DNA of 64,000 nucleotides from an uncultured Spirochaetota bacterium (GCA_963827275.1 CAWHAA010000004.1:192001-256000); one strand, 5' to 3'. Shown: positions 49,882-60,045, numbered from the stretch's first letter. Numbers and translations are program-made. The notes: generated by a model from the letters alone, not told the origin.

Positions 49882-49895
49882 CGACAGCCCGTGCC

Positions 49896-49925
49896 GGCGG
49901 CGCCCTTCGGGGCGCCGCCAAAAAA
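49896..49925. terminator. Hairpin with UUCG tetraloop after livK copy 1
   Basis: GGCGGCGCCC-TTCG-GGGCGCCGCC perfect 10-bp stem followed by an A-run; no T-tract after the stem on either strand. Confidence 0.5.
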
Positions 49926-50137
49926 CACTACCCCCGGACCGCTAAATGCTTGACGCGGGGGTGGGGGTAGTGTTGATTTACTCAGTTTTTTGGCCCCTTC
50001 CACGGTCGTTGAATTTAATTATACTGAACATTGGTCGGCGGCGGCCCGGACGGTCGCGCGGCACTTCACACATGCGGCGCCGGCATATGTCAGTATAAAA
50101 AGATAGAATTATATTTTTCTAAATTACTGGAGGCGTT

Positions 50138-51287
50138 ATGTCATTAAGGAATGTTTTCATTGTTCTATTGTGTGCATGTCTTCTCCCCTTTGCGTTTTCA
50201 TGCAAGAAGCAGAGCGGGGAAACCATCAAGATCGGCGCGATTTTTTCAGTGACGGGGCCCGCTTCGTTCCTCGGCGCGCCCGAGTCCAAGACCGCGGAAA
50301 TGCTGATCGACGAGATCAACGGCAAGGGCGGGATCGACGGGAAGACGATCAAGCTTATCGTCAAGGACTCGGCGGGCAGCCCGGAGAAGGCGATCTCCTT
50401 CGCCAAGCAGCTTATCGAGGAAGAGAAGGTGTTCGCGATCATCGGGCCGTCAACAAGCGGCGAGTCGATGAAGATCAAGTCGATCTGCGAGGAGGCGAAG
50501 ATGATCCTGATCTCCTGCGCGGCGGCGGAAGTCATCGTGAACCCGGTGGCGACGTACGTGTTCAAGTCACCCCAGAACGACCGTTTCGCGGCCGAGAAGA
50601 TCTACGAGGTGATGAAGAAGAAAGGGATCACGAAGATAGGGATCGTTTCGAGCAATGACGGCTTCGGCCTCGCGGGCAAGGAACAGCTGGAAAAACTCGC
50701 CCCCTCCAAGGGGATCACGATACTTATCAGCGAAGTCTATGACAAGAAGGCGACCGACCTGACCGGCGTCCTTACCAAGCTCAAGGCGAAGAACGTGCAG
50801 GCGGTGGTGAACTGGTCGATCGTCCCTGCACAGTCAATCGTGGCGAAGAACATGAAGCAGCTCAACATGACGTGCGACCCTCTTCCAGAGCCACGGCTTC
50901 GGGAACATCAAGTACGTCAAGGAAGCGGGAGAGGCGGCAGAGGGGATTATCTTCCCCGCCGGGCGCCTGCTGATAGCGGACCAGCTTGCGGACAACCATC
51001 CGCAAAAGGCCATGCTCATGAAGTACAAGAAGGACTACGAGTCGAAATACGGCGAGGACGCCAGCACCTTCGGCGGGCATGCCTATGACGCGCTCCTGAT
51101 CCTGGTGGAGGCCATCAAGAAGGCGGGCGCTGACAGGGAAAAGGTCCGCGACGCGATCGAGGACATGAAGGGGCTTGCCGGCACCGGCGGCATCTTCAAT
51201 TTTTCACCGAAAGACCACAACGGGCTTGACATAAACGCCTTTGATATGCTTACCGTTAAGGGCGGCAAGTTTGTCAGGTATGAATAA
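50138..51287 (+). pseudogene. LivK-like substrate-binding lipoprotein, copy 2, with +1 frameshift near 50870-50879
   Basis: Paralog of copy 1; 10 nt rather than 9 between AACATG and CTCTTC; C-terminus continues in the 51012-51287 frame; likely sequence error. Confidence 0.85.
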
Positions 51288-51310
51288 GCCAGCATGATAC
51301 CCGGCGGGAG

Positions 51311-51332
51311 GGCGGCGTCGCAAGACGCCGCC
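51311..51332 (+). other. Intercistronic hairpin (GCAA tetraloop) between binding-protein and permease genes
   Basis: GGCGGCGTC-GCAA-GACGCCGCC; typical position for an mRNA stabiliser or attenuator in ABC operons. Confidence 0.55.
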
Positions 51333-51351
51333 TTCGCCTGTTTAATTCGCC

Positions 51352-52230
51352 ATGTCCCTTGAACAGTTACTACAATACGTCCTTTCCGGAATCACCAACG
51401 GCAGCATCTACGCCATTGTCGCCATCGGATTCAATATCATATACAACACCACCGGGATAATCAACTTCGCGCAGGGCGAGTTCCTGATGCTGGGCGGAAT
51501 GACCGCCATATCGCTTTCGGCGTTCATGCCGCTCCCCCTTGCCGTGCTCGCCGCGGTGGTCATCACCTCGTTCGTCGGGGCGCTGATCGACTTCCTGTTC
51601 ATACGGCGCCTGAAGAACCCGTCGGTGCTGAGCATGGTCATCGTCACCGTCGGGCTCTCCATCGTGATACGCGAGATCGCACTGCACATATGGGACGAGA
51701 AGGTGCGCTCGCTGCCCTATTTCACCGGCAACGAAATCACCTCCATCAATATCCTGGGCGCGTTCATTTCGCCCCAGGTGCTCTGGGTGCTCGGCATCTC
51801 CGGCGTGATCGTCGTGTTCCTCGGCTTTTTTTTCAAGTTCACGCTCACGGGCCGCTCGATGCGGGCGTGCGCGTCCAATATCACCGCCGCGCGGCTCTGC
51901 GGCATCAACTCCAGGAACATGGTGACCATCTCCTTCATGCTGAGCGCCGCCATCGGGGCGCTCGCCGGCTGCGTGATATCGCCCATCACCCAGACGCAGT
52001 ATGACTGCGGCACCTCCCTCGCCATCAAGGGGTTCACCGTGGCGATCCTGGGGGGGCTGGGAAACAGCACCGGCGCGGTCGTCGGCGGGATCATCATCGG
52101 GCTCCTGGAGGCCTTCAGCATCAGCATACTCCCCCTGGCGTACAAGGACGCAATCGCCATCGCGATACTCCTGGTCATCCTGTTCGTGCGGCCATCGGGG
52201 CTCTTCGGCAAAAAAGAGGCGGCGGGGTGA
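51352..52230 (+). CDS. livH: Branched-chain amino acid-type ABC permease
   Basis: GSIYAIVAIGF, INFAQGEF, GRSMRA, ILGGLG, RPSGLFG. Confidence 0.92.
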   Translation: MSLEQLLQYVLSGITNGSIYAIVAIGFNIIYNTTGIINFAQGEFLMLGGMTAISLSAFMPLPLAVLAAVVITSFVGALIDFLFIRRLKNPSVLSMVIVTVGLSIVIREIALHIWDEKVRSLPYFTGNEITSINILGAFISPQVLWVLGISGVIVVFLGFFFKFTLTGRSMRACASNITAARLCGINSRNMVTISFMLSAAIGALAGCVISPITQTQYDCGTSLAIKGFTVAILGGLGNSTGAVVGGIIIGLLEAFSISILPLAYKDAIAIAILLVILFVRPSGLFGKKEAAG

Positions 52231-52240
52231 AGGTGTTCCG

Positions 52241-53356
52241 ATGAAGATCAATATGAAAAAGTACGTCCCCGTTATCGGGCTTGTCGCCTGCATCGTGTTG
52301 TTCCAGGCCGTCACGTCCGTGATCGGGCAGGGAATTTTATCTCACGCAGCTTACCATGGCGGCCTATTATTGCCTGGTGATACTCGGTCTCACCGTGCTC
52401 ATGGGCTATACCGGCCAGATATCCATGGGACACGCCGCGTTTTTCGCCATGGGCGGATACACCACGGCGGTGCATGACGACCCGGGACCTCATGAGTATA
52501 AAGGAGCTCCCGGCCCTCGACCTGGCAATCAGGCTGGGCCTTGCCGTGACGGAAAAAAACGCCTACGGCGCCGAGGTGCTCCACATCTCCCCCTGGGTGT
52601 CGCTCATTGCCGCCGTGCGTCCTTACCGCGGCGGTCGCCTTCCTGATCGGGATCCCCATACTCAAGCTCAAGGGGCATTACCTGGCCATGGCGACCCTGG
52701 GCTTCGGCATCATCGTGTACCGGATCGTGCTGGGCTCGCGGATCTTCGGCGAAGCTGACGGGATATCCGACATCCCGTCCTTCGGCCTCGGCGGGGGGCT
52801 TGCCGTGAACGGCGACCCGGCCTGCGGGTCCAGAACTATTATATCGCCGCGTTCCTGGTGGTGGCGGGGATCGTCCTCCTCCTGAACCTGGTCGATTCGC
52901 GCGTGGGACGCGCGCTCCGGTCGATACACGGGAGCGAGGACGCGGCCAACGCGATGGGGGTGAACGCGGCGCGGTACAAGCTCCTCGTGTTCGTCCTGTC
53001 GGCGGTGTTCGCGTGCATCGCGGGCGTGTTCCTCACGCATTTCAACGGGGGGATCGGGCCTTCCGAGGCCGATGTCATGAAATCGGTCAGCTACGTGGCC
53101 ATCGTCGCGGTGGGCGGCATGGCGAACCTGTGGGGGGCCCTGGTGATGGGGATTGTACTGAATTACCTTTCGCTGCGGGGCTATTTCGGGAGCTATGACG
53201 AGTTCGTGTTCGGCAGCATCCTGATCGTCATCATGCTCTTTTTCCCCGAACGGCCTTTTGAAAATGGAAAATTTCCGGGGAGTGGCGGACGCCGCCGCCC
53301 GGCTTATGAGTAAAAAACGCGCCGGCGGCGGGGAAGGGAAAGATGGGCTTTCTTGA
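52241..53356 (+). pseudogene. livM: LivM-type ABC permease broken by about 5 frameshifts
   Basis: Fragments in alternating frames: GYTGQISMGHAAF, LKLKGHYLAMATLGF, SRVGRALRSI, VGGMANLWG; reconstructed stop at 53356. Confidence 0.8.
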
Positions 53357-54107
53357 GGTAGCGCACATCTGCCGCTCGTTCGGCGGCCTGCGCGCCGTGG
53401 ACGATGTCTCGTTCGAGGTCGGGAGGCACCAGATCAAGGCGGTCATCGGCCCGAACGGCGCCGGCAAGACCACCCTGTTCAACCTGATCACCGGCACGCT
53501 CAGGTGCGATTCGGGCGAGGCGCTCATCGACGGCGTTCCGATCCAGAACCAGCCGCCGCACCGGATCGCGCGCCGGGGCATCTCCCGGACGTTCCAGAAC
53601 ATCAAGCTGTTTTCCAACATGACGGTGCTCGAGAATGTCATGGTCGGGAGGCACATCCGGAGCCGCGCGGGGTTCGTGCAGGCGATGCTCCGCCTCCCCG
53701 GCGCGCGCCGCGAGGAGCGGGAGATACGGGAGCGGTCCCTGGAGATCCTCGAGGTCATGGAGATCGCGAACCTTGCCGACCAGGACGCGGCCAGCCTCCC
53801 GTTCGGCACGCAGCGGATCGTGGAGATCGCCCGGGCCCTGGCGACCGAGCCGGCCCTGCTGCTGCTGGACGAGCCCGCTGCCGGCCTGAACATTTACGAG
53901 ACGGCGCGGGTCTCAGAGATGATAACGAAGATCAGGGACCGCGGGGTCACCGTGCTGGTGATCGAGCACGACATGTCCCTCGTCATGAATATATCGGACG
54001 AGATAGTGGTGCTGTCTTCCGGGAAAAAGATCGCGGAGGGCGTGCCGGCCGACATCCAGAAGAACGAAGAGGTGATCCGCGTGTACCTGGGAGAGGACGA
54101 TGCTTAA
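53343..54107 (+). CDS. livG: ABC transporter ATP-binding protein
   Basis: FGGLRAV, GPNGAGKT, RTFQN, LLDEPAAG, IEHDM. Confidence 0.93.
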   Translation: MGFLEVAHICRSFGGLRAVDDVSFEVGRHQIKAVIGPNGAGKTTLFNLITGTLRCDSGEALIDGVPIQNQPPHRIARRGISRTFQNIKLFSNMTVLENVMVGRHIRSRAGFVQAMLRLPGARREEREIRERSLEILEVMEIANLADQDAASLPFGTQRIVEIARALATEPALLLLDEPAAGLNIYETARVSEMITKIRDRGVTVLVIEHDMSLVMNISDEIVVLSSGKKIAEGVPADIQKNEEVIRVYLGEDDA

Positions 54108-54837
54108 GATACGGAACCTGTACTCGGGCTACGGCAACCTCCGCGTGCTGAAGGGGGTCTCGCTCCATGTTAACCCGGGCGAGATCGTGACCATCATCGG
54201 CGGGAACGGCTCGGGGAAGAGCACGCTCCTGTCGACCGTGGCGGGGATCGTCAGGGCGCAGGAGGGGGAGATCGTGTTCAACGGCCAGGAGATCGGCGGG
54301 CTGGCGCCGGAAACAATCGTCGCGGCCGGCTGTTCGCTCGTGCCGGAGGGGAGGATGATCTTCGACACCATGACCGTCAGGGAAAACCTGGTGCTCGGCG
54401 CCTATACCCGGATCCGCGGCGGCGGGCGTATGAGCGGGCTCGAGGCGGAGCTCGCGGTCATATTCGCGATGTTCCCGCGCCTGCTCGAGCGCGAGCGCCA
54501 GCTCGGGGGGACCCTCTCCGGCGGCGAACAGCAGATGCTGGCGATCGGGAGGGCGCTCATGGCGCGGCCGCGCCTCATCATGCTTGACGAGCCGTCCATG
54601 GGGCTGGCGCCGATAATCGTGAAGGGAATATTCGAGGAGATACGGAAGCTCAGGGACGCGGGGAACACGATACTGCTGGTCGAGCAGAACGCCCGCGCGG
54701 CGCTCAGGATCGCGGACCGCGGCTATGTCATCGAGACGGGCCAGATGGTGCTCGAGGGGACGTCGGAGGAGCTGCTGAACAACAACGATGTGCAGCGGGC
54801 GTATCTGGGCAAGGACTACAAGAGCATCAGCGAATAA
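54100..54837 (+). CDS. livF: ABC transporter ATP-binding protein
   Basis: GGNGSGKS, VPEGR, LSGGEQQM, LDEPSMGLAP, VEQN. Confidence 0.93.
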   Translation: MLKIRNLYSGYGNLRVLKGVSLHVNPGEIVTIIGGNGSGKSTLLSTVAGIVRAQEGEIVFNGQEIGGLAPETIVAAGCSLVPEGRMIFDTMTVRENLVLGAYTRIRGGGRMSGLEAELAVIFAMFPRLLERERQLGGTLSGGEQQMLAIGRALMARPRLIMLDEPSMGLAPIIVKGIFEEIRKLRDAGNTILLVEQNARAALRIADRGYVIETGQMVLEGTSEELLNNNDVQRAYLGKDYKSISE

Positions 54838-54878
54838 CCATCGCTCCGCGAGGGGCGGGTAATACCGGGGGGTGGCCT

Positions 54879-56183
54879 ATGATCTACAACGCCAAGTATG
54901 AGCAGATGCCGCGCGAGGAGCTCCAGCAGCTCCAGATTGAACGGCTCCAGAGCACCCTGAACAGGGTGTACCGCAATGTGGCATTTTACAAGGACTCGTT
55001 CGACGAGAACAGGATCGACATCGGGAAGATCCGGAGCCTCGGCGACATGCGCCAGCTCCCCTTCACCACGAAGGAAGACCTGAGAAGGAGCTATCCCTAC
55101 AATATGTTCGCCGTCCCCCTCCGGGACATCGTGCGCATACACTCCACGACCGGGAGGACCGGCAAGCCCATCGCCATCGGCTACACCAGGAACGACATTC
55201 TCCACTGGTCGGAGCTGGTCGCCCGTGTGCTCGCCGGTACCGGCATCACCGACAATGATTTCGTCCAGCTGGCCTTCGATTACAACATGTTCACCGGCGG
55301 GCTCGGGCTCCATTACGGCGCGGAGAAGATCGGCGCCTCGGTGATCCCCTCGTCACAGTCGGGGAACGTGCAGCGGCAGATACACATCATGAAGGACTAC
55401 AAGACCACGGTGCTCCTGTCAACGCCCAGCTACGCGCTCCGCATCGCCGGCAATTTGAAGGAGATGGGCATCCACCCCGACGAGCTGAACCTGAAGATCG
55501 GCATCTTCGGCGCCGAGCCGTGGAGCGATTCGATGAGGACCAGGATCGAGGACCGCCTCCACCTGAAGGCCTTCAATATCTACGGCATCAACGAAATGAT
55601 GGGCCCCGGCCTGTCGGGCGAGTGCCGTGAGCGGAACGGCCTCCATATCAACGAGGACCACTATATCGTCGAGATCATCGATCCGCTCACCTGGGAGCCC
55701 CTTCCGAACGGCACCGAGGGAGAGCTGGTTATCACCACCATCACACGGGAGGGCTTCCCCCTGATCCGCTACCGCACCGGCGACCTCTCGATGATCATGG
55801 AAGAACCCTGTCCCTGCGGCCGCACGACCCTGCGCATGCGCCGTGTCGCGGCACGTTCGGACGACATGGTCGTCATCAACGGGATCAATGTCTTCCCGGT
55901 GCAGGTCGGCGAGACGCTGAAGAAAAGCACCGGGTACGATCCCCGCTTCCAGATAATCATCGAGGACGTGGACGGCGAGGACGTGATGGAGATTCAGGTC
56001 GAGGTCCTTGAAAAAATGTTCGATGACGAGGTCAAGAAGCTCATGGCCCTTAAGGGCGCCATCGCCACCGGTATCGAGCGCGAGCTGGGCATTACGGCCC
56101 GGATCACCTTTGTCGAGCAGATGTCCCTGTTCCGGAGCGCGGAGGGAAGGGGAAGGGTCCGCCGCGTCATTGACAACCGGTAG
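54879..56183 (+). CDS. paaK: Phenylacetate-CoA ligase family protein
   Basis: LPFTTKEDLR, RIHSTTGRTGKP, FTGGLG.HYG, GAEPW, YG..E..GPG, RYRTGD, G.NVFP. Confidence 0.85.
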   Translation: MIYNAKYEQMPREELQQLQIERLQSTLNRVYRNVAFYKDSFDENRIDIGKIRSLGDMRQLPFTTKEDLRRSYPYNMFAVPLRDIVRIHSTTGRTGKPIAIGYTRNDILHWSELVARVLAGTGITDNDFVQLAFDYNMFTGGLGLHYGAEKIGASVIPSSQSGNVQRQIHIMKDYKTTVLLSTPSYALRIAGNLKEMGIHPDELNLKIGIFGAEPWSDSMRTRIEDRLHLKAFNIYGINEMMGPGLSGECRERNGLHINEDHYIVEIIDPLTWEPLPNGTEGELVITTITREGFPLIRYRTGDLSMIMEEPCPCGRTTLRMRRVAARSDDMVVINGINVFPVQVGETLKKSTGYDPRFQIIIEDVDGEDVMEIQVEVLEKMFDDEVKKLMALKGAIATGIERELGITARITFVEQMSLFRSAEGRGRVRRVIDNR

Positions 56184-56199
56184 GCCGCGGCCCCCGGCC

Positions 56200-56568
56200 T
56201 CACTCGTCGAGAATGCGCACGGGCCCGCTGTTCAGAACGTCGAGAAGGCCGCGGTCGTCGGGACCGGCGGACTGCTCGAGCGACTGCATCAGGCGATACG
56301 CGTCGCTCTCGGAAATGACCTGCCCTTTCTTTTCAGTATAATTTCCGTCCCACTCGAACATTTCCCTGGACACGTGGAATATCATCCAGAGGTTGTAGAG
56401 GTAATCCGCCATGTCGTCATAGGCCTCGTCGACTTCATACGCGAAATCGTAGGAGGTGCCTTCGCTGTCCCAGCCGTTCCCGCGGGCCGCTTCGAGGAGC
56501 CCGCGCCAGCGGTCCTCGCGGCAGGCGGCGCTCTGGTGCGTGATGATGTTTTCTATCCTGTAGCCCAT
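56200..56568 (-). CDS. Small acidic hypothetical protein
   Basis: 122 aa D/E/Y-rich ORF filling the gap between paaK and the next gene. Confidence 0.6.
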   Translation of the reverse strand: MGYRIENIITHQSAACREDRWRGLLEAARGNGWDSEGTSYDFAYEVDEAYDDMADYLYNLWMIFHVSREMFEWDGNYTEKKGQVISESDAYRLMQSLEQSAGPDDRGLLDVLNSGPVRILDE

Positions 56569-56826
56569 GGGGGTATGACATTGTATGCCGGATATAAAGT
56601 CAAAAATATTTTTTCCATCTCCTGGCGGGCCTGGGGGAAAGGGAAAAAAATCGCATAATTGGCGACGCCCCCCTATATTTTCTTGATTTATTTCTGATGA
56701 TTCGTGTAACTATCGTCAAGGACACTTCCGTCATTTCGGCGCGGTGGGTTTCCCGGCCCGGGAAAAACCGGCCGGCGGACGCTGGACCTGTAAAATATAA
56801 AAATAAGTCCCATGGAGGCGGCGCAG

Positions 56827-57756
56827 ATGAATAAGATCGGGCTCATCATCAATCCCCATGCCCGCGGGGTAAAAAAAATGAACATCAATCCTCACGAGTT
56901 TTTTTCCAGGATAGCCGGGGGATATGCCGACGTGCGGGTCACCAACAGCGTCGCGGAGATCGACCCGGTAATCAAAGAATTCAAAAAGCTCGGCATCCCG
57001 TATGTCGGGGTCTGCGGGGGGGACGGCTCCCACCACCATATACTTTCCCGGATGATCAATATCTATAAAAAAGAGCCGGTGCCGCCGGTCCTTCACCTCC
57101 GGGCCGGCACCATGAACACCCAGCCGCGCACCATAAATCTGAAAGGAAAGCCTGACCAGATACTGAAGCGGCTTGTCGCGATACTGAAAGACAACGGGAC
57201 GCCGAAGACCTTTGTCCGCGACACCATCAGGGTGAATGACCTGTACTGCTTTCTTTTCGGCACGGGGATGAGCGCGAATTTTTTATACGAGTATTACCGG
57301 GGCGAGGGGACCGGCCCCAGGAAGGCGCTGCAGACGATCTGGCTGGCGGTCAAGGGCGCTGCCTTCGGGGCCGATGTCGGCACGCTGTTTGACCGTCTTG
57401 AATGCACGGTGGTCATCGACGGGAAGACGGTCCCGCACAATGACTTTATCGCGGTGCTTGCCGGGACCATCGATGATATCGGGATCGGGTTCAAGCCGCT
57501 GTACCGGGCCTATGAAAAAGAGGGGACGTTCCATGTGCTTTCAGTCGGGTGCCAGCCTTCCGATGTCGTGAAGAACCTCCCGAGCATCAGGACCGGGAAG
57601 CCGATCAAGCACCCGTACCTGTTTGACGACATTGGCAGGAAGCTGACGATATCATCGGATAAAAAGATGCTCTATACCATGGACGGCGACCTGTACGAGG
57701 CGGAGCACACGCTGACGGCCGAGGCCGGTCCGCAGGTGCGGCTCGTGTACGTGTAA
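56827..57756 (+). CDS. Diacylglycerol/sphingosine kinase family protein
   Basis: INPHA, GGDGS, AGTMN, YTMDGD; GGAGG RBS. Confidence 0.85.
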   Translation: MNKIGLIINPHARGVKKMNINPHEFFSRIAGGYADVRVTNSVAEIDPVIKEFKKLGIPYVGVCGGDGSHHHILSRMINIYKKEPVPPVLHLRAGTMNTQPRTINLKGKPDQILKRLVAILKDNGTPKTFVRDTIRVNDLYCFLFGTGMSANFLYEYYRGEGTGPRKALQTIWLAVKGAAFGADVGTLFDRLECTVVIDGKTVPHNDFIAVLAGTIDDIGIGFKPLYRAYEKEGTFHVLSVGCQPSDVVKNLPSIRTGKPIKHPYLFDDIGRKLTISSDKKMLYTMDGDLYEAEHTLTAEAGPQVRLVYV

Positions 57757-57776
57757 AAAACGTTTGGTGTTCGATG

Positions 57777-57881
57777 TTCCCCTCCCTTGATGGGAGGGGA
57801 GAGGGGAGGGTGATTTTCAGCAGTTCGGCAGATACAGATTCTTCCCCGCCGCCTGTCCTCCCCCATCAGGGGGGAGGGGTT
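57777..57881. repeat. Paired REP-like palindromes between convergent genes
   Basis: CCCCTCCCTTGATGGGAGGGGAGAGGGGAGGGTG and inverted degenerate copy CCTCCCCCATCAGGGGGGAGGGG. Confidence 0.7.
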
Positions 57882-57888
57882 CTTCATT

Positions 57889-59670
57889 TCAGTTTCCGGC
57901 CCGGTCCTCTGCCTCACGGTACGCCCGGAATGCCTCCTGGATCGGTGAGGAAGCCGCCCGTGCTGCGGCGCGTTCCGGTAACGACCCCCTGTCGGGGAAA
58001 TGCGCGGTCCTGCTTTTCGGCTGATGGACCACCCCCTCGCGCCCGATCATGTTGCTCGCGAGTATCCTTAGTTTCTCCACTGCGGCGGTGATTACCAGTA
58101 CGAGGGAGACCATCCTCTGCTTGAAATCGGGGGGCCCCAGCACCTCCCTGAACATCGTCATGGCGAAGCGCGCTTTGCGCCGCTGCCTGCGGTTGGGCGC
58201 GTAGACCCATGCGGGCAGGAGCACGGGCCGGACGTTTTCAGCGATCCGCCGCATCATTGTTATCCGCAGCTCCATGAACTCGTCGGGCACCCGGCCGGCG
58301 CTTTTAACATAGCGCAGCGCTTCCTGGTCCCACGCCATGCCCTCGGCCTGCCGCTTCCGGTGTTCATCGCGGTTGTTCCTGTATCCGCGGAGCGCTGTTA
58401 TGGCCATGTTGAGCACGCCGGGGCCGTCAACCAGGTACTTTTTCCGGAAGGCGTTGCGGAGATAGCTGACATGGTCCTTCCGGTCGTTGAAATGCGGGTG
58501 CGTGAAGAAGAGCTCGCCGGCGCCGTGCTGGTGTCGGTAGGGCAGGTCCTTGAGGCGCTGCTCCTCCTTGAGCTCCTCGTAGAGCCGCGTGCCGGCAAGC
58601 GGCGTGTAATTCATGAACTGTATGAAGTCCGAGCCGAGGCCGATCACGAAATCGATATCATCGTGTATCGTTTTTTCGTCATGGTGGTCATGGAAGAGGA
58701 TGGTCGAGGCGTTCACGGTTATGCCCCGTGCCTGAAGTTCCCCGAAGAGCTTCTTTAAATCTATCCCCCTGGTCTTGTCATGGTCGTTGTGCTTTGATTC
58801 GACCCCCACCCATATCATCCGCACGCCGAGCCGCACCAGGAAATCGACGCCGAATTTTTTTATCACCTCGGCCGAGGAAAAGATGTCAAATACGTAGGGC
58901 TTTTTCCTCCCGGTCATGATCTTCAGCAGGTCCTTCGCCCGCTGCGTCTGCTTCAGGAAGTTTTCGTCAAGGATGGTGAAGCCCCTCGATCCCAGCTCTG
59001 ACTCGCTCCGCGCGCAGGCGTTGAAGATGTCTTCCCCGGTCGGGAGCAGGGAGTGATACTGCTTGTTGAACTGGTGCGATGTTATGCAGAACTTGCAGCC
59101 GTTTTCACAGCCGACGCCGGGCATGAGGATCGCGCCGCTCGGCTTGCCCTTCGCGCCGTACAGGTACGCGTAGGCCGGGCCCAGCACCGCGGGGTGCTTC
59201 ACCGGCGCGTCCGGGTCGTCCCCGAAGTACGCGCGGAGCCACCGGACCCCCTCCCCCTTGCATACCGCGTCATGGGGCACGTAATCCTGTAAATCGGGGA
59301 TGATGGTCCCGTATCCGCCGAGGATTATCTTTGTTTCCGGATAGTGTGTGCGCACGTATTCGGCCATCCTCTGCGCCTTCAACACGTTGGGCACGATGAA
59401 ATTTATCCCGATGTGGGTGTAGCCCTTAGCAAGCTCCTTTTTGAAGTCGCGCCATGACGGAAAATCAAGAACCGTCGTTTCGACGGAGATGTTCTCCGCC
59501 AGCAGGTAGAGCGGGAATGTCCAGTAGGACTGCCGCGGTGAGTGCACACCCTGCATCCTTGTGATCTGGTTGTTCAGGAGCTCCATCTGCATGCCGAGCG
59601 ATTCGGCATACCTGTTTTTGATGCCGTACGGACCGAAGACCGCCGTCAGCAATAACCTGTTGTTGCGCAT
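57889..59670 (-). CDS. Cobalamin-binding radical SAM protein
   Basis: N-terminal B12-binding-like domain (IILGGYG, KGEGV), GCENGCKFC (CxxxCxxC), DENF, GVES, TPLAGTRLY. Confidence 0.85.
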   Translation of the reverse strand: MRNNRLLLTAVFGPYGIKNRYAESLGMQMELLNNQITRMQGVHSPRQSYWTFPLYLLAENISVETTVLDFPSWRDFKKELAKGYTHIGINFIVPNVLKAQRMAEYVRTHYPETKIILGGYGTIIPDLQDYVPHDAVCKGEGVRWLRAYFGDDPDAPVKHPAVLGPAYAYLYGAKGKPSGAILMPGVGCENGCKFCITSHQFNKQYHSLLPTGEDIFNACARSESELGSRGFTILDENFLKQTQRAKDLLKIMTGRKKPYVFDIFSSAEVIKKFGVDFLVRLGVRMIWVGVESKHNDHDKTRGIDLKKLFGELQARGITVNASTILFHDHHDEKTIHDDIDFVIGLGSDFIQFMNYTPLAGTRLYEELKEEQRLKDLPYRHQHGAGELFFTHPHFNDRKDHVSYLRNAFRKKYLVDGPGVLNMAITALRGYRNNRDEHRKRQAEGMAWDQEALRYVKSAGRVPDEFMELRITMMRRIAENVRPVLLPAWVYAPNRRQRRKARFAMTMFREVLGPPDFKQRMVSLVLVITAAVEKLRILASNMIGREGVVHQPKSRTAHFPDRGSLPERAAARAASSPIQEAFRAYREAEDRAGN

Positions 59671-59967
59671 AACACACTCCATGATCCTTTCGCGGATTGA
59701 TCTTTTTCTGCCGCTGATGGATGAAAAATTATAGCGATGAACAATTAAAAGGTATGGACAGGTGTTTCCGTCAGCGGGTTGCAAAAAAAGATAAATAATT
59801 ACACAGCGGGGTTGTATACAGTATTTTCCACCACAGGGGACGCAGCAGTCGCGGAGCGCTGGAGGTATAATCATATCAATGCGTTCAATTACGTATTTGA
59901 CAATTAATTATACGAGGAATAATAACAGATGCGGTTGAAAGAGATGAGTGGCGAGTGACAACCGATG

Positions 59968-60034
59968 CTCCGTGACCTCTGTGGCGAATTTTTTAATGCG
60001 CGTTTGAACGAAATTCAGTATTTCACCACAGAGG
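59968..60034. repeat. Inverted repeat CCTCTGTGGCGAA ... TTCACCACAGAGG
   Basis: 13-bp arms with one mismatch; related CCACCACAGGGGACGCAG near 59828. Confidence 0.55.
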
Positions 60035-60045
60035 TTTGTGTCACA

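Noticed and set aside
52241..53356. Programmed frameshifting or phase variation in livM
   Set aside because: Too many shifts and no long homopolymer or slippery sites; error or decay is simpler
59671..60045. Cobalamin riboswitch upstream of the radical SAM gene
   Set aside because: No B12 box or conserved core recognised by eye; an Rfam scan would be definitive
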